NCBI GenBank assembly: GCA_963815095.1
Contig: CAWFFH010000003.1
Location: forward strand, 1,312,001-1,376,000
DNA: 64,000 bases
Direction of reading: 5' to 3'
DNA from: Candidatus Bathyarchaeota archaeon
Lineage (GTDB): Archaea > Thermoproteota > Bathyarchaeia > Bathyarchaeales > Bathycorpusculaceae
Part shown: positions 1 to 13,033 of the stretch, piece by piece
How the letters are laid out: each line of letters begins with the position of its first letter
Position numbering within the stretch: the stretch's first letter is position 1
Notes under the pieces: generated by a model
The model's database searches: none
The model's input: only the letters and a program-made list of their open reading frames with translations
Told to the model about the DNA's origin: nothing
Translations under genes and position numbers: made by a program

Positions 1-95
1 TTTTTTTTCATCCATTGCTACGGTTACTTTTTCCAAATAAACCTTTGTAAATATGCACCTTCGTCAACAATCATGATTAATCCTGAGGTGTCTTT

Positions 96-1295
96 ATGAG
101 AATTTTATTTGTTCTTGGCTTTCCAAATCCTTATGTTGGAGCAGCTTGGACTCGAATTGGCTTGTTTGCAAACGCTTGGAGCCAAGCTGGACATGATGTT
201 ACAATCTTGGGTGTTTTTACTCCTAACACTTTTCAAAAAAAGGGTGCCTCGAGAGTTGGCAACGTAAACATTTTTAATATTATCTTCAACCTAAGTTTAT
301 CATCTCCATTTGTTTTTGCATTAAATAGCCTTTTTTCCTTTATAATTTCAATACTTTTTCTTTCAATTAAAAGACCTGATATTGCAATTGTCTCTTTACC
401 TACAGGTGATGTTGGTTTAGGCGCTTTGGTTGCTTGCAGATTAACTAATGTCGAGTACGTAATTGATTATAGAGACGAATGGGAAGATTATTACATAAGT
501 CTAAGCAAATCTAATGCGAAAAAATATTTTTATTCTGTTGTCAAAGATATCGCTGCGGCTCTTTATTCTAAGGCACATATAACCGCGGTTGTAACTTCGC
601 GTTTTCTAGGAAATTTAGCTTGTCGTAGAGTAAGTAATCTAAAAATGATACCTAACGGTGCAGATTTAAAAGTTTTTTATCCGCGTGATAAAAGTGAGAT
701 AAGGAAGAAGCTAAAGTTAGCTGCAAATGACTTTATAGTTGTATATAATGGACTTATCGGCGGATATTACGACTTGAACATTATCGTAAATTCTATTGGG
801 CAATTGAAGTTTTCAATTGAAAATATTAGATTTCTTATTGTCGGTGGGGGTCCTGATGTTCAAGCTGTACTTTCACTAGCTCAGAAGCTTGGTTTACAAG
901 ATACAGTTATTTATTTAGGAATACAAAAAGATCCTAATCGAATTGCTGAAATCTTGAGCGCTGCGGATATTGGCATAATACCGGGCTCATATTCTAAAGG
1001 GCAGCTCTCTGTGAAATTTTATGAATATTGTGCATGTGGTCTTCCAGTTATAGCAATTGTTCCTGAGGATTCATTACTTGCGAGTATTATAAATGGGCAA
1101 AACTTGGGCTCAACAATATCATCTGCTAATGAAAATAAGCTATCACAAGTTATTTATCAATTTTATATAAACCCTCTATTTAGAAAAGCTGCTGGGAACA
1201 TGGGTATACAGTTTATTGAAGAAAAATTTGATCGAAACAAAATTGCTGAAACATACCTCGATCTAATCAAAGATATGGAGATAAAATCTTCCTAA
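96..1295 (+). CDS. Glycosyltransferase family 4 (GT-B) protein
   Basis: 399-aa intact ORF with DYRDEWED, IPNGAD and KFYEYCACGLPVI motifs typical of GT4. Confidence 0.9.
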   Translation: MRILFVLGFPNPYVGAAWTRIGLFANAWSQAGHDVTILGVFTPNTFQKKGASRVGNVNIFNIIFNLSLSSPFVFALNSLFSFIISILFLSIKRPDIAIVSLPTGDVGLGALVACRLTNVEYVIDYRDEWEDYYISLSKSNAKKYFYSVVKDIAAALYSKAHITAVVTSRFLGNLACRRVSNLKMIPNGADLKVFYPRDKSEIRKKLKLAANDFIVVYNGLIGGYYDLNIIVNSIGQLKFSIENIRFLIVGGGPDVQAVLSLAQKLGLQDTVIYLGIQKDPNRIAEILSAADIGIIPGSYSKGQLSVKFYEYCACGLPVIAIVPEDSLLASIINGQNLGSTISSANENKLSQVIYQFYINPLFRKAAGNMGIQFIEEKFDRNKIAETYLDLIKDMEIKSS

Positions 1296-1363
1296 CAAAT
1301 AATTCTTTTAAAGTTTTAATTGTAATAGTTTTATCAACACTGTTCTCTTCTCTAACACTTTGG

Positions 1364-4300
1364 TTGCTCGATTCATGGGTAAAATATCCACTATTTGTAT
1401 TTGAAATATTTTCAATTATAATTATTTTTTTAATTGTGAGCAACTACAATATTAATCTAAAAATAGTTCATATTAAAATCTTGAGTTTCAAAAATGTTGA
1501 TCTGTTATCTGATGGCTTGCTTGTACTATTATCCATAAGTTTACTGTTGTTGAATATAATAGGCCTCGCGATGTGGATTGTTGCAGCTTATTATTGCGCT
1601 TCTTGTCACTTCCATTCTTCCTGGATATGCACTTTTAAACATTAGTTTAGATCGTTATTATTCTAGGTTTGAGATCCTCGTTTTTTCCTTTGTTCTTAGT
1701 TTTGTTTTTACAGGGATTTTGACTCTCGTTTTTCTATTTGTAAATGGTAATTTCCGATTATATTGCATTATGAGTGCGTTCATTATTTTAGGGTTAATTT
1801 CTTTGATAAAACGCCGAAAAAACTGATTCTTGTACGCATTAAACCTCGGTCATTTACTAAAAATATCGATTTCATTGCTATAGTGCTGGCAATAGCATTC
1901 TTCGCGCTTTCTTTCTATTTCCTGTATCCTGGTTTTCACTTGCCCCCGGAACAGACATATCCCGGAATTATGCGACAAGCGTACGTTTATGGAACACGCC
2001 TAATCTATACGGTGGCTCTGCAGAAGTACTTTATAATCTTCACGAATCCCTGTTCGTTGTTCTTTCAAATCAATCATGGGTATCCGTTCAAATGACTTTA
2101 CTCACTTTGAATTTTATGTTACCACTGGCTTTTTATATATTGGCGAAGGCATTTCTTCGAAAAAATTGATACCCGCTTGCCTCTTTAGCTACATATTTTG
2201 GGTTTTGTTTACCAATGGCTTTGGAGGCTTTTCTTGGCTTTATTTAGTATATTTAAAACTGTCCTCTCCCTTACAAGGTCAGTTGCAGCTTTTAATTCTC
2301 ACAGCGGACAAAACGTATAACGGAACTACATATGGTATTTTGGGGTTATGGTATATTGCTGGTACTGTCTCTTTTGTGGTATTGATGACAGCGATTTTTC
2401 TATTAACTAAAAAGGAAATATCGGCATCTAAATATGTAATTCTATTTTCTATTACGATAGCTATGTTATATCTCACACACATAGTTGAAGCCGTAGTATT
2501 CGGCTCATTTATAGCATTTTACGGTGATTGTTTCAAAAACTGTAAATATTAAAATCGACGCTGCATTAAAAGGAACTTTAATCGGTTTTGGGTTAGCATC
2601 ATATTGTTTACTTATATTTTATCCCAACTAAGTTCACATTTCACATTAACTTTGACATTATTAGCTTCCTTTGCATTGCCCATATTTTCTTTATTGTTTC
2701 ACTTATTATACGTCATTTGACATGAAAAATATGCTGGTTCTGCTTCGGAAAAAACTCTGATTAGTTTGCATGTTCCGAAATTATTAATATCGTTGGTATC
2801 AATATTTCCCTTTATCACAGCTTTACTATCTTGGTTCTCTTTTGTCGGTTCATTTAGTACATCACAAGTTGACAAAACCGGCGTGGTTCCATGGTTTATT
2901 TATCCACTGTTACTTGGAATTACTGGTCTCCTGTCAATGGTGAACATTATATTACATCGCCGAAAATGGAGGACATTATAAATCACTTAAGTTTTTTGTA
3001 GGATTTTTGGTATTTGTTTTTATTGTTGGAACTTTCATTTCAATATGTAATATTTACTTTTTTTACTGTAGACTATTATGAAAAACGATTCGTATGGTTA
3101 TTGAAATTACCGTTGGCTTCTCTAGCGCCAATTCCAATTCTGTTATTAGTTGATAAGTTGAAAAATAGTGTCTCTGTATGAACCTCAAGAAAACTGCTCG
3201 CAATTATCTTAATAGGAACTATTTGCCTTTATGGGGTTTCCACAACATTCCTCAACTTGGAATACTGGCAATATTGAAACGAGAAACTCTGCGAATATTC
3301 TTCTTCAGCGGAACTGAGTGCCATAAATTCTTTCAAAGACATATTGAATAACGATCCTCTGTGCGTGGTCTGCCACGGTTACGAGTACCTCCGAATCCAT
3401 GACGACGTTTGCACTGCGCCTGATGACACGCTACTGCTGAGACAACTCCTCTATGTCTGATACACCCGAAATGGTTTTAATGCAACTCTATAGAAACCCT
3501 ATTTTCAGTCATCCCTATATTTACCTTGATAGCCGTGATAATACGTTATCTGAATAGCTATTCTGATGAATTTTTATCTCAGTATTTGCTTCCAACGCTT
3601 CCTTACTGTGTTAGTAACTCTGAAGTGAAAATATACAATGTTTCGCAACTATCTTTCCCACAATCTACAAGCGGAAATGTGCTATTGGTTCCTTTTGATG
3701 ACTTAGTAGCCGAGACTCAAAACACTCTATTAGCATATTATGCATTATCATACGGTCACTCCGATTATACTGTTAAGTATGATACAGACCAAAACGCCTT
3801 ACGCTCTAATACGACGATACTTTCTTTTGACCCCCCTGAAGCTAACTCTATCACCAATGTTTTTCAGGACTGCATTTAATCAAACACTAGACTCGTGGAC
3901 TGTTAAGTGGAACTTGGCATGTTGATGACGAACAATTGCTAGGTGGCGAAATTAGTTCATATGATGAAGGATTAATCCTTTCACCATTAGCTATCGAAAA
4001 CTTCACAGCGACTGTTAATATTACGCCCTATAGATGGAGAACATCACAATGGCTAACTATGCACGATTTTGTTTATTCGTGGACTGACTCTAAAAACTAC
4101 AGAGTTGCAGATGTGTTTTTCAATAGTAATAGTTACATTTACCTTCTTTTTCGTGATATTGTTAGTGGTGTTGAATCTCACTCTCCACAATGGCCTGGAA
4201 TAGACACAGGAATGAAATGGGGCTTTAAAACTGAGTATACCGTAAAATTAACTGTCAACGGGGGATTAACCGAATTGTCTATAGACAATTCAACTCTTTC

Positions 4301-5528
4301 TATTTCAAATTTAAGAATATTTCAGGAAAACTTGGTTTAGGATATTACAGATTCTCAAGTATATCCTTTGATAATTTATCAGTCAGCTATTCTAACGTCG
4401 CTTAATTCGAGGTCTGATGTAACGATTACCTTGAATATTTTAATTCAGGCGGAAATCTGATAGTAATTAATACTGGTGGCGACGGATTATTTCGAAAGAT
4501 TTGTTCTCGGTTTCAAACACAACGGTACGGTGCAAAACATATAAAGGCTAACGGCAAAGAAAGCAAATTACCCCATGAGTTATCTGGTTCCTTTATTGAC
4601 TGTTAAAGATAGCAACACGAAAATCATAAGTCAATACTCAGGTTCTGAATACTGAAACTCCGTATATTGCCCAAAAAAATTATGAAAACGGCGGTATACT
4701 CATCTATGTCAACGCATACCCTATACTTAGCGAGATGTTAACTAGAAATAATGCAACAATCGGTTTTATTCATTATTAGGACATCTCTTGGATAACGTCA
4801 ATATTCAAAGCTGCCTTTAACAACGCCTTTACCAAGCCTTAACGGCTATGTAAAACAAATATCGCTTGAAAGTGATGCGCAAATTAAATCGACTTCAGTG
4901 ATTTTCCACCCGAAATTAACCTTAAACAGGTTGAAGTAACGTCAGACATCCAATAATACTACGTTCTATAATGTAACAAGTATTGGGCTCAGTGACTATT
5001 CAAACATAATTCATCAAATCTCACAACGCCCTATTACAGAAAGGAAAGGGACTCTACGCAGTAATTCAATTTAATTCGACTTTTTCAATGGAGCCCTCCA
5101 AAGGTACACTCAACCTAACAATCACAACCGATAACGGAACTTACAACCTGAACAACGTTGCTGCGCTATCGTCATTTCACCTAGTAGCAATCTGCAACTA
5201 ATGTTAACAGGCCAACGGTAAGCTCCTCAGAGGTTACTTTTTTTGAGTTTTACTTGCAAAATTATCCGAAATTAACAATAACAAATAAATGGTCAAGATA
5301 TAAAAGTTAAGGGGCCTGACAACATTTTCAGTAATAATCTCTGATAACTACCAAGCAATTGGTAATTTAACACTTGGGCCATCTTTACAGTTTTCCTCGC
5401 AAACAAAATCATATGATCTTCTGACCACTCTGCCTACAGCTATATTCTGGTTTATTCTTCTCATACCTGTTTTCATAGTATTTTCTTTCATGTTTTCGCT
5501 CAAAAAATTAAGGATAAATAGTAAATGA
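1364..5528 (+). pseudogene. Large polytopic membrane protein with extracellular beta-rich domains, split by many frameshifts
   Basis: Chain of overlapping same-strand ORF fragments (1364-1645, 1578-1826, 1763-2095, 2076-2552, 2766-2981, 3526-3879, 3936-4340) with TM-rich then Ser/Asn/Thr-rich segments; last frame stops at TGA overlapping the next ATG. Start uncertain; indels may be sequencing errors. Confidence 0.6.
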
Positions 5529-7257
5529 GATTGTCCTCAAATGCGAAGATATCATTTATATGTCTTTTCGTTTTATCACTGTTCATTATTTCCGGTTACT
5601 CATCAGAAGCAAGTTACTATCAATCGTCGTCGATATGGAGTTTCCCGAACAATTGTTACCTGGATTTTAATCAGGCGATCAACTTCACCGACGTTCCCAG
5701 TCAAGGCATACCTTCTGATAACAACTTAGTTGGTTATTGGAACATGAACGAAGGCTCAGGAGCCGTTGCTTCAGACCTCGGTGGTAACAGTAACAACGGT
5801 GTAATAACTGGCACAACATGGATTGCCGGGAAATATGGCGAAGCCCTATCTTTCAATGGCAAAACTGACTATGTTAATTGTAGCGATAAGGCAGCTTTTG
5901 AATTTTCAGTAGAAGATAACTTCACTATCTCACTATGGTTTAAAACAACTTTTAATGGAAAATGGACTCCTACAGATCCTGTTGGTTTACAGGGAATAAT
6001 TACAAAGGGTTATGAGACTTCCATCAAGAAACACCTTGGTATTTGCTAGAGCAGGACGCATCAAGGGTGTGGTTTCAAGTTAGAACAACAACGCCAACTA
6101 CTACCACACTGACCCGCAACGGTGTTTGGAATGATGGAAATTGGCATAACATCGTTGCAGTAAAGACTTCATCGCAATTAATTTTATATGTGGATGGTGT
6201 GGCTTCTTCAATTAACCTTTATGAAGACGGAAAATTTGGCACTAATAATCATTCACTCATTATTGGTGACAGATACAACCGATATTTTAATGGTACTATC
6301 GATGATGTTCGAGTTTACAACCGCGCACTAAGCTCCAACGAAGTCACCGCCTTGTACAACCAGCCTGATCCTGTCTCCTAGCCAACTACTATAACTATCA
6401 AGACTCTGTCACTGGCAATACAGTGCTAATTCACGTGGATAGTCCTAACGCAAACAGCGACAACAACATTCTCGTCACTTGTACAAACTTCTTTGCAGAC
6501 AACAGATTGACTTTTCAAGCCAACAATAGCGCAACTGTGAATATGTGGACGAATCTTGGACAACCTACATTTATTACAAATGGGAGTTTGGAATAGCGAA
6601 AACTTCACTACAACTTTAACTCTTGATGCTTCTTCAACTGGCGAATTGGATTGGAACCGCAATCCGCCTTTTGCCTCAAACCTTTCGTATCCTCAGCTAT
6701 GCTGGGCAAAACTACCAATTTCTATACTCTTTGGAATGATGATCATAGTTTGTCTGGTGGCGGATATGTTTTTAGCACTAATAATTCTGGTCAGTGGGTT
6801 AATGCGTCTTGGGCGGCTTTCTCTTCTACTCCTTGCTGGGGCAATGCAACATTAACTTTAAACAACAAGGTTGGAGTTGTCGTTGGTTTTCGGGAGTACG
6901 CAAATAACTCTTTGAATGTTTGGGCAGATTCAGGCTTGTACACTATTACAACAACAGATGAATCTTCTGCACCTTCACCAACTGCTTCGCCAAGTTCCAC
7001 GCCAGCCGCAAGTCCAACACCAACTCCAGTCCAACCTCATACCCCAACTGCAAGTTCACTTCCTCACCAACGCCAACTCCCACTTTCCCCACCTACACAA
7101 ACCAACTTGTTCTCAACAGCAAACAATGGTGATACTGGCTTCAGTTGCCGCTGTACTGGTTGTTTTGTCTGCTGTGGCTTTCAAGAAAGGCTACATAAAC
7201 ATCAAGGTTGTCGATGAAGAAGAGAAGAGTCAAGAAGAAGATGACTACGTCATCTGA
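5525..7257 (+). pseudogene. Secreted LamG/concanavalin A-like domain surface protein with Pro/Thr linker and C-terminal TM anchor (frameshifted)
   Basis: Signal peptide; LVGYWNMNEGSG, GKYGEALSFNG, WHNIVAV...LYVDG and FNGTIDDVRVYNRALS LamG motifs across ORFs 5525-6049, 6043-6381, 6651-7217, 6916-7257. Confidence 0.8.
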
Positions 7258-7424
7258 AAATTCCAGAACATAATTTTTTTAAAAATCTTTTATTTTTTCT
7301 TTGTTTGTAACATTATTGCCTTTTCGGCTTTGCCTTTCTCTACAGACTGAATTTTAATCCCACACACACTTACTACGTTGAAGTTCAGGGTGGCATGCAA
7401 AAGCTACTGGTGTAGGCTAAAAAA

Positions 7425-7875
7425 ATAATGTTTGTTTTCAATTTGTATACTCCGTTTAGAGTGTAGAATACATAAAGCATTGTTGAAAGCGAAATTAGAA
7501 CCCTATTTAGGGTTCTTCCACAGCATACAATATGGCAAACCCAGTTTAGTATGCGATTTCCAAGAACTTTATAGTTACTTGATTGATGATTTCCTTATTG
7601 AAAGATGTCAAAAACTCAGAAAGAAAGACTTTGTGCTTGTCATGGATTTTATGATGCACCTAAAAATGGGGAAGAAATTACATCTCAAGGAGTATGAAAC
7701 TGAAAGTTTAGCTGAGGATTTGAACGCTTTCTTTGACCGCATGGTTGACGTTGAAAGAATCAAAGTTGGAAAAAGACAAACCATTGACACCTTGATTATT
7801 GAAGAGGCATTGCTTTTCGCAAAATATCTCAGAAATGAAAGAACAGACTGGGCTTCAAGAACTCCAAATCTGTAA
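7425..7875 (+). pseudogene. cas1: Cas1 family endonuclease, C-terminal fragment (solo, no array in window)
   Basis: ALLKAKLEPYLGFFHS...PSLVCDFQELY matches the Cas1 catalytic His/Asp region; N-terminal part absent. Confidence 0.75.
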
Positions 7876-7906
7876 CTGGGTGGCAAAAGGACTAAAAAGT
7901 TCAAAA

Positions 7907-8138
7907 TTATGAGACTGTGAAGCTTGGTGATACGAAGTTTCCACCTGCGTTAGTTACCAAAGTTGCTGTATAAGTTCCTGCGGTCAAAGCTGTTATTGTT
8001 CCACTCGGAATTGTGTATAAAGTTCCCTGAACCATTGCACCGTTGGTGAGTGCTGGGCTGATTGTTCCGAGTGAGGCTGTCGTTACAGTGTTGCCTGTTG
8101 AATTTTTTATAATAAGGCTAATTGGATTTGCAGATAGT
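7907..8138 (-). pseudogene. Archaeal type IV pilin-like protein, 3' fragment
   Basis: Thr/Gly-rich beta segment ending GTYTATLVTNAGGNFVSPSFTVS, resembling pilin C-termini; no class III signal peptide, frame runs into the 29-bp repeat. Confidence 0.5.
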
Positions 8139-8167
8139 CCTATAATCACTTCAACCACACAAATTCT
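8139..8167. repeat. 29-bp direct repeat, copy 1
   Basis: CCTATAATCACTTCAACCACACAAATTCT identical to 8618-8646. Confidence 0.95.
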
Positions 8168-8181
8168 CAAAAATTAATAGT

Positions 8182-8256
<75 letters not shown>

Positions 8257-8617
8257 CATCGAAGTAGTGGAAGAAGGAGTCATGGATCAAAAAGAAAAAC
8301 ATAGATGATTACTCTATCTGATGCTCAAAATCCTTAAGAAAATGATTAAAAGGATTTTTTTGTTCGTTGCTTTATTTCAAGAGCTTCAATATTATTACCA
8401 GAAACAAGTACTTTTTCTGATTTTAGTATCTCCACTCAGGCGGTGGTGAGTTGCATCTTTAGTTGCCTTTAGGGCTATGTTGTTGATTCTTTGGCGTAAA
8501 CGATGTCTAAAACGATTGCGCCATTAAGTTTAGCTTTTAACATGCCCACTTATAGGGTTAAATTTTCAAGATTCAGTTTGGGTCGGATTCTTTTCCAGCG
8601 AATTTATTCATAACTGC

Positions 8618-8646
8618 CCTATAATCACTTCAACCACACAAATTCT
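8618..8646. repeat. 29-bp direct repeat, copy 2
   Basis: Identical to 8139-8167. Confidence 0.95.
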
Positions 8647-8827
8647 AAAATATTTAAGAAGTGGCATTTGATATCAGCGTTTGTGCAAATTAGAAAATTG
8701 TTATATGATTTTTGTTGTCTACCGTTTTACCAAAATAGCACACGCTTTCGTATGTTTGTTGAACAAGTATACGTTTCCCTCCCAAATTAATAAGCGTTAA
8801 ATATAGTGCTTTGGATACGACCCACCA

Positions 8828-9360
8828 GTGATCAACTTGAAGTCAAAACTATTAGTTACACTGACAGTGGTCCTAATCGCCAGCATCGTGCTATCATCCT
8901 ACGCAGCAATCGCATCAGCAAAACCAAAAGACAACAGTCCATCCCAAAAACAGTATGATAGCTTTACTTTAACAGCCGACCAGGCACAGCAAACAATGCC
9001 GCAGGCGAAACTGTAGCCGTCTCTTTGCAATCCAAGGCAACGCAAACGGAAAACTAAAAACCGTATTCCACCTCCGTACACAAGGCGGCGACGCAACCAT
9101 AGAAACCTTCGATGCATATCTCTGCCACAAAAGGCCAAGGTATTATAGTAAACAAATACAACTTCATACACCTTAACGTCATGATGAGTGCACAGTACTA
9201 CGGCGGAAGAAGCACTGTTTGGATCCTAAGAGGCACCACAGAAGACATAACCGACAACACCATGCCAGTATCTCTACAAGCGCCAAGAGTAGTTCTTCCA
9301 CTAAAGGACTACCCACAACTAACCGACCTAACATTAGACGGCACAATAAAATTCACATAA
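8828..9360 (+). pseudogene. Secreted hypothetical protein (frameshifted)
   Basis: Signal-peptide ORF 8828-9016 continues in ORF 9112-9360; T-rich terminator follows. Confidence 0.55.
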
Positions 9361-9455
9361 ACAAACCCTTTTTTATTTTTTAAACCCAATTTTTAGTCAT
9401 AAATAACAGTACAAGTTATCCACCAACATTCGCAATAAAGCAAACTTTCCGTTAT

Positions 9456-11337
9456 TCAGACCAGCATATGCAAAGGCGCACCATCAACTGAACGCAAAGC
9501 ATAATTCGCCAACAAAAGCACAACCATAACGAATATAGCAATTTTACAAACCCAAGAGATTTTGCTATTCCTAAAACCTATTGCGCTCTCAAGTCTATTT
9601 AACATCCAAAACAGGCCAATTGCAGCAAATACCTGCAAAGGAACTACATACATTACACGATAGAACATATAGTTCTCCGCCGACACCACAAGCAAGACCA
9701 ATGAGGGAACCATAACCCAAAGAAACATCAACCTACTGAATCTATTGGCAAAAACTACCATAGAAAACATTCCTACAATAGCAAAAAACACTAACAAAGG
9801 ATTAGCAAAAAGACCACCAACCCAAGATTTAACCATCGTGTCTAACCCGCTTTGCAAAGTCAATAAGTTCGGAAAAGTAATGCTGCTTCCTGGCAAATCC
9901 TACCGCTCCCGAACTTACTCCTCGACCAAACGGCAAAACCGAATAAACCCCATACGCAACCAAATTCAAACCCAAAACAAAGCCCAATTGAAAAACATGC
10001 ACTTTTTCGTCTGTGCTGCGACCAAAATACAATCTGAGAATCGTCCACACCAAATAAGCACACAATACAGCTAATACAACATCCCACGTGTATGGATGAG
10101 TAAGAAGCAAAGCCACCCCAACTAAAGCAGCAGCAAACATGTAAGCCCACGAACGCTTCCCAGTACTTTTCAAAACTAACCCGAAAAGAAGGAATGCCTC
10201 AATCAGAGCTATCCAGTTCGAGACATGATACGCATAGAGACCAACAGTTGTCTGAAAACTAAAAACTGTAAACAGCCCTGAAGCCAGAGCCAAAGCATCG
10301 TTGTGCACACCAACTCTAACAAACCAAAACACAGCCAGACTAAGCCCAACACAACAAACAACCGGCATTACCTTAACAATAACCTCAGAAGACAACCCAA
10401 AGGTGATCTGAATAAAATACATCAACAAACTAGACAACGGCCTATCTTGCTGTAAGGCAATTGCTGGACCTTTTAGGCTCATGTCCTCCATCCACTTATA
10501 ATAAACTGCTGAATCAGAACCGACTAACGATGAAGCGGCAAGGTTGAAATAGGGATAACATGAAACAAAAATGGCAACTCCAACGATCGCAAGCAGGCTT
10601 AAAACTAATACTCTTCGGCTAAACTCTACAACCCTAAAACTATTCCCAACACTAACACGCTCACAGAAAAGCTTTAGCGATTTAACTTTTGCAAATACGC
10701 GTTTTCCTAAAGGAATCCAAGCCCAACTATAAAGCAAAGCAATAAACAACCAAGAGGTCCAACCGTAAAACACGTTAAATAAGTGCAAATCAACCAAGGC
10801 AAATCGCCACCGACCAACCTCGCTAAATGGAAAACTATAATCAAAAGCATTCCAAACCCATGTACCTAAAGAAGCCGCCTCGAAGAAAATGACTAAACCC
10901 ACTATACCAAGCAGAACAAAACTAACCCCTAAACCCCTTCGCACCATATAACCAAAACCAAAAAACACCAACAATCCCACAACAACAAAACCCAAAGGAA
11001 CACCCAACAAAACACCCCACCCAACATCCACTACTGAAACCAAACCAACCGCAAACGAAAACAAGGAAAACCAACTTAGCCAATGGGGCAAACTTTTACG
11101 CAAAAAACAAAGCGCAAAAACCCCCAAAATTATAACAATAAAAGAAACAATCCAAATAGCCAAATCAAGCGATTGCGAAAAAATAACAATGTTGACTACC
11201 TTTGCGGAATAAAAATCGTAAAACCTAACACCTAACAAATTAACAAACGCTATGAACCCAAAGAAAACATTAACTGATGAAGCTAAAGTTAGCAATAAAC
11301 AGTTAACCGATAAATCTTGACGCCAGATTAGCCCCAC
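9456..11337 (-). CDS. Polytopic membrane protein, GT-C/oligosaccharyltransferase-like (one frameshift near 9860)
   Basis: ORFs 9829-11337 and 9456-9896 with many TM helices, LVGSDSAVYY and LLLTHPYTW motifs. Confidence 0.6.
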
Positions 11338-11385
11338 CTCATCCTGCTAAATAATAGCTTTAAAAAAAATGTTAAGGGTTTAGAA

Positions 11386-11983
11386 TCAATCCGTTGAGAA
11401 GTTAGTTGTTGTAAGTCCTTCATCAGGGATGAAAATCGTATGCACTGGAGATAATTTGGTTGCCTTCTATTTTCTCATAGGTAGAATAAATGTTCCATTC
11501 TGCTTTTGTTGCATCATTTAGTTCCGTAAGAGGTGCTGTTATTGTTAGTTTGTTGCCTTCTACTTGTAGTTGGGCAGGTTGTTGAGTTTTTGTTTGTACA
11601 TCTTGAACTAATGCAAAGGTGCCTGTAGAGTTGATGTCGACGCGTAACTCGTAGGTTTGTAGGACGTCTTCTTTGTTTTCAAGAATTACTATGATGTCGA
11701 ATTGTGCGGATTCTTGTTCTCCGAGAGCTGTAACTGGTTCCTTAACGTTTATAATCGTGTTTAGGGTGTTCTGGTTTTTCTCTATTGATGCGCTAACCAT
11801 GTCTACCATGCCTGGGTAGTCTGATCCAATGTTAACTTGCATATCATTTTGTGCTTCATTTGCCTGAGCATTGGGCGCTCCAATTAAGCCGGATAGGGCG
11901 ACTGCGGCTACTGAAACCAAAACAAGTGCTACTATGAGGGGTACTAGAAACTTGAACTTCCTATTATTCGAAAGCTTCGACAT
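11386..11983 (-). CDS. Secreted or membrane-anchored hypothetical protein
   Basis: N-terminal hydrophobic signal; ORF 11423-11983 probably extends to the stop at 11386 after a frameshift (DFIPDEGLTTTNFSTD). Confidence 0.65.
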
Positions 11984-12162
11984 ATTCCAAAAAACATATC
12001 CAACTGTATTAAACCTTACGATTCAACACTTGAACCCCTTATTACACACTACAAGTAATTCGGTGCGGGAGAATAATTTTGCTTCATGGAACGCCGAATT
12101 TGATTGAAAATAATCTTTATATATGAAATATTATATCTTAATAAACAATGTCTGGGGCGTAA

Positions 12163-12537
12163 GTGAACATGAGTGACATCAAACTATCTTTTAAAGCACT
12201 GTTCTTAATCGGTGCACTCCTCTTACTTTTAGGGTTTATTCTCACATGGATTCCACAATCAGGAATCTCAGGGTTAAACCAACAACTAAGTCAAGCGACC
12301 CTAAATAGTGATAAAGCTAGCTTAGAACAGGTAATTTCAGCCGAAAATCTAAACTTAGTCACGTTCTATCAACCATTATCAAATATCTTACAAGCTGTAG
12401 GTGGAATAATGATTGCCTACTCAGTTTTATCTACAACTTTTAACATTGCAATGGAGAAACGCGCTAAAAAGATGATGACTTTCAGACTCACCAAAATTTG
12501 GTGCAAACACGCCCTAAATCAGGAATCTCAGGATTAA
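12163..12537 (+). CDS. Two-TM membrane hypothetical protein (3' end disturbed by a duplication)
   Basis: 124-aa ORF with two hydrophobic helices. Confidence 0.55.
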   Translation: MNMSDIKLSFKALFLIGALLLLLGFILTWIPQSGISGLNQQLSQATLNSDKASLEQVISAENLNLVTFYQPLSNILQAVGGIMIAYSVLSTTFNIAMEKRAKKMMTFRLTKIWCKHALNQESQD

Positions 12538-12770
12538 ACCAACAACTCAATCAAGCGACCGTAAACAGCAAAGACTAGGTTGAACAGTAATTTCAGCCGA
12601 AAATCTAAACTTATTCACGTTCTATCAACCTTTATCAAATATCCTACAAGCTGTTGGCGGAATAATGATTGCCTACTCAGTCTTATCAACAACTTTTAAC
12701 ATTGCAATGGAGAAACGCGCTAAAAAGATAACGCTTTCAGACTCACCAAAATTTGGTGCAAACAACCCCT
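12257..12770 (+). repeat. Diverged tandem duplication, unit ~260 bp
   Basis: Copies start at 12257 and 12517 (AATCAGGAATCTCAGG...CACCAAAATTTGGTGCAAACA). Confidence 0.9.
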
Positions 12771-12987
12771 ATCCTAAAGTAGATGATTTAATCTTAGAGT
12801 ACAACTTGGAAGGAAAAACTTTGGAAAAACTTCAACATTAGAGGACTAATTCTTACTTATGGATAAAGTATTTTTGAGCAGTTAGAGGGTGAAGGTTAAT
12901 CGGGAAAGAAGAAGTGGCTTTTCCAAACTGAATCACTGATTCATAAAAGTTAACTTATTCGTAATCTTTCCTTATTCAAAGAAAACC

Positions 12988-13006
12988 TTGCATATGTAAT
13001 ATGCAA
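12988..13006. promoter_or_regulatory. Perfect inverted repeat in a promoter region, putative operator
   Basis: TTGCATAT-GTA-ATATGCAA, 27 bp upstream of ATG 13034. Confidence 0.5.
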
Positions 13007-13033
13007 ATCAAAACAGGCAGAGATTAAACAAAA

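Noticed and set aside
6040-6390. Pyrrolysine/amber readthrough at TAG stops in the LamG gene
   Set aside because: The protein continues in a different frame, so these are indels and not in-frame stops
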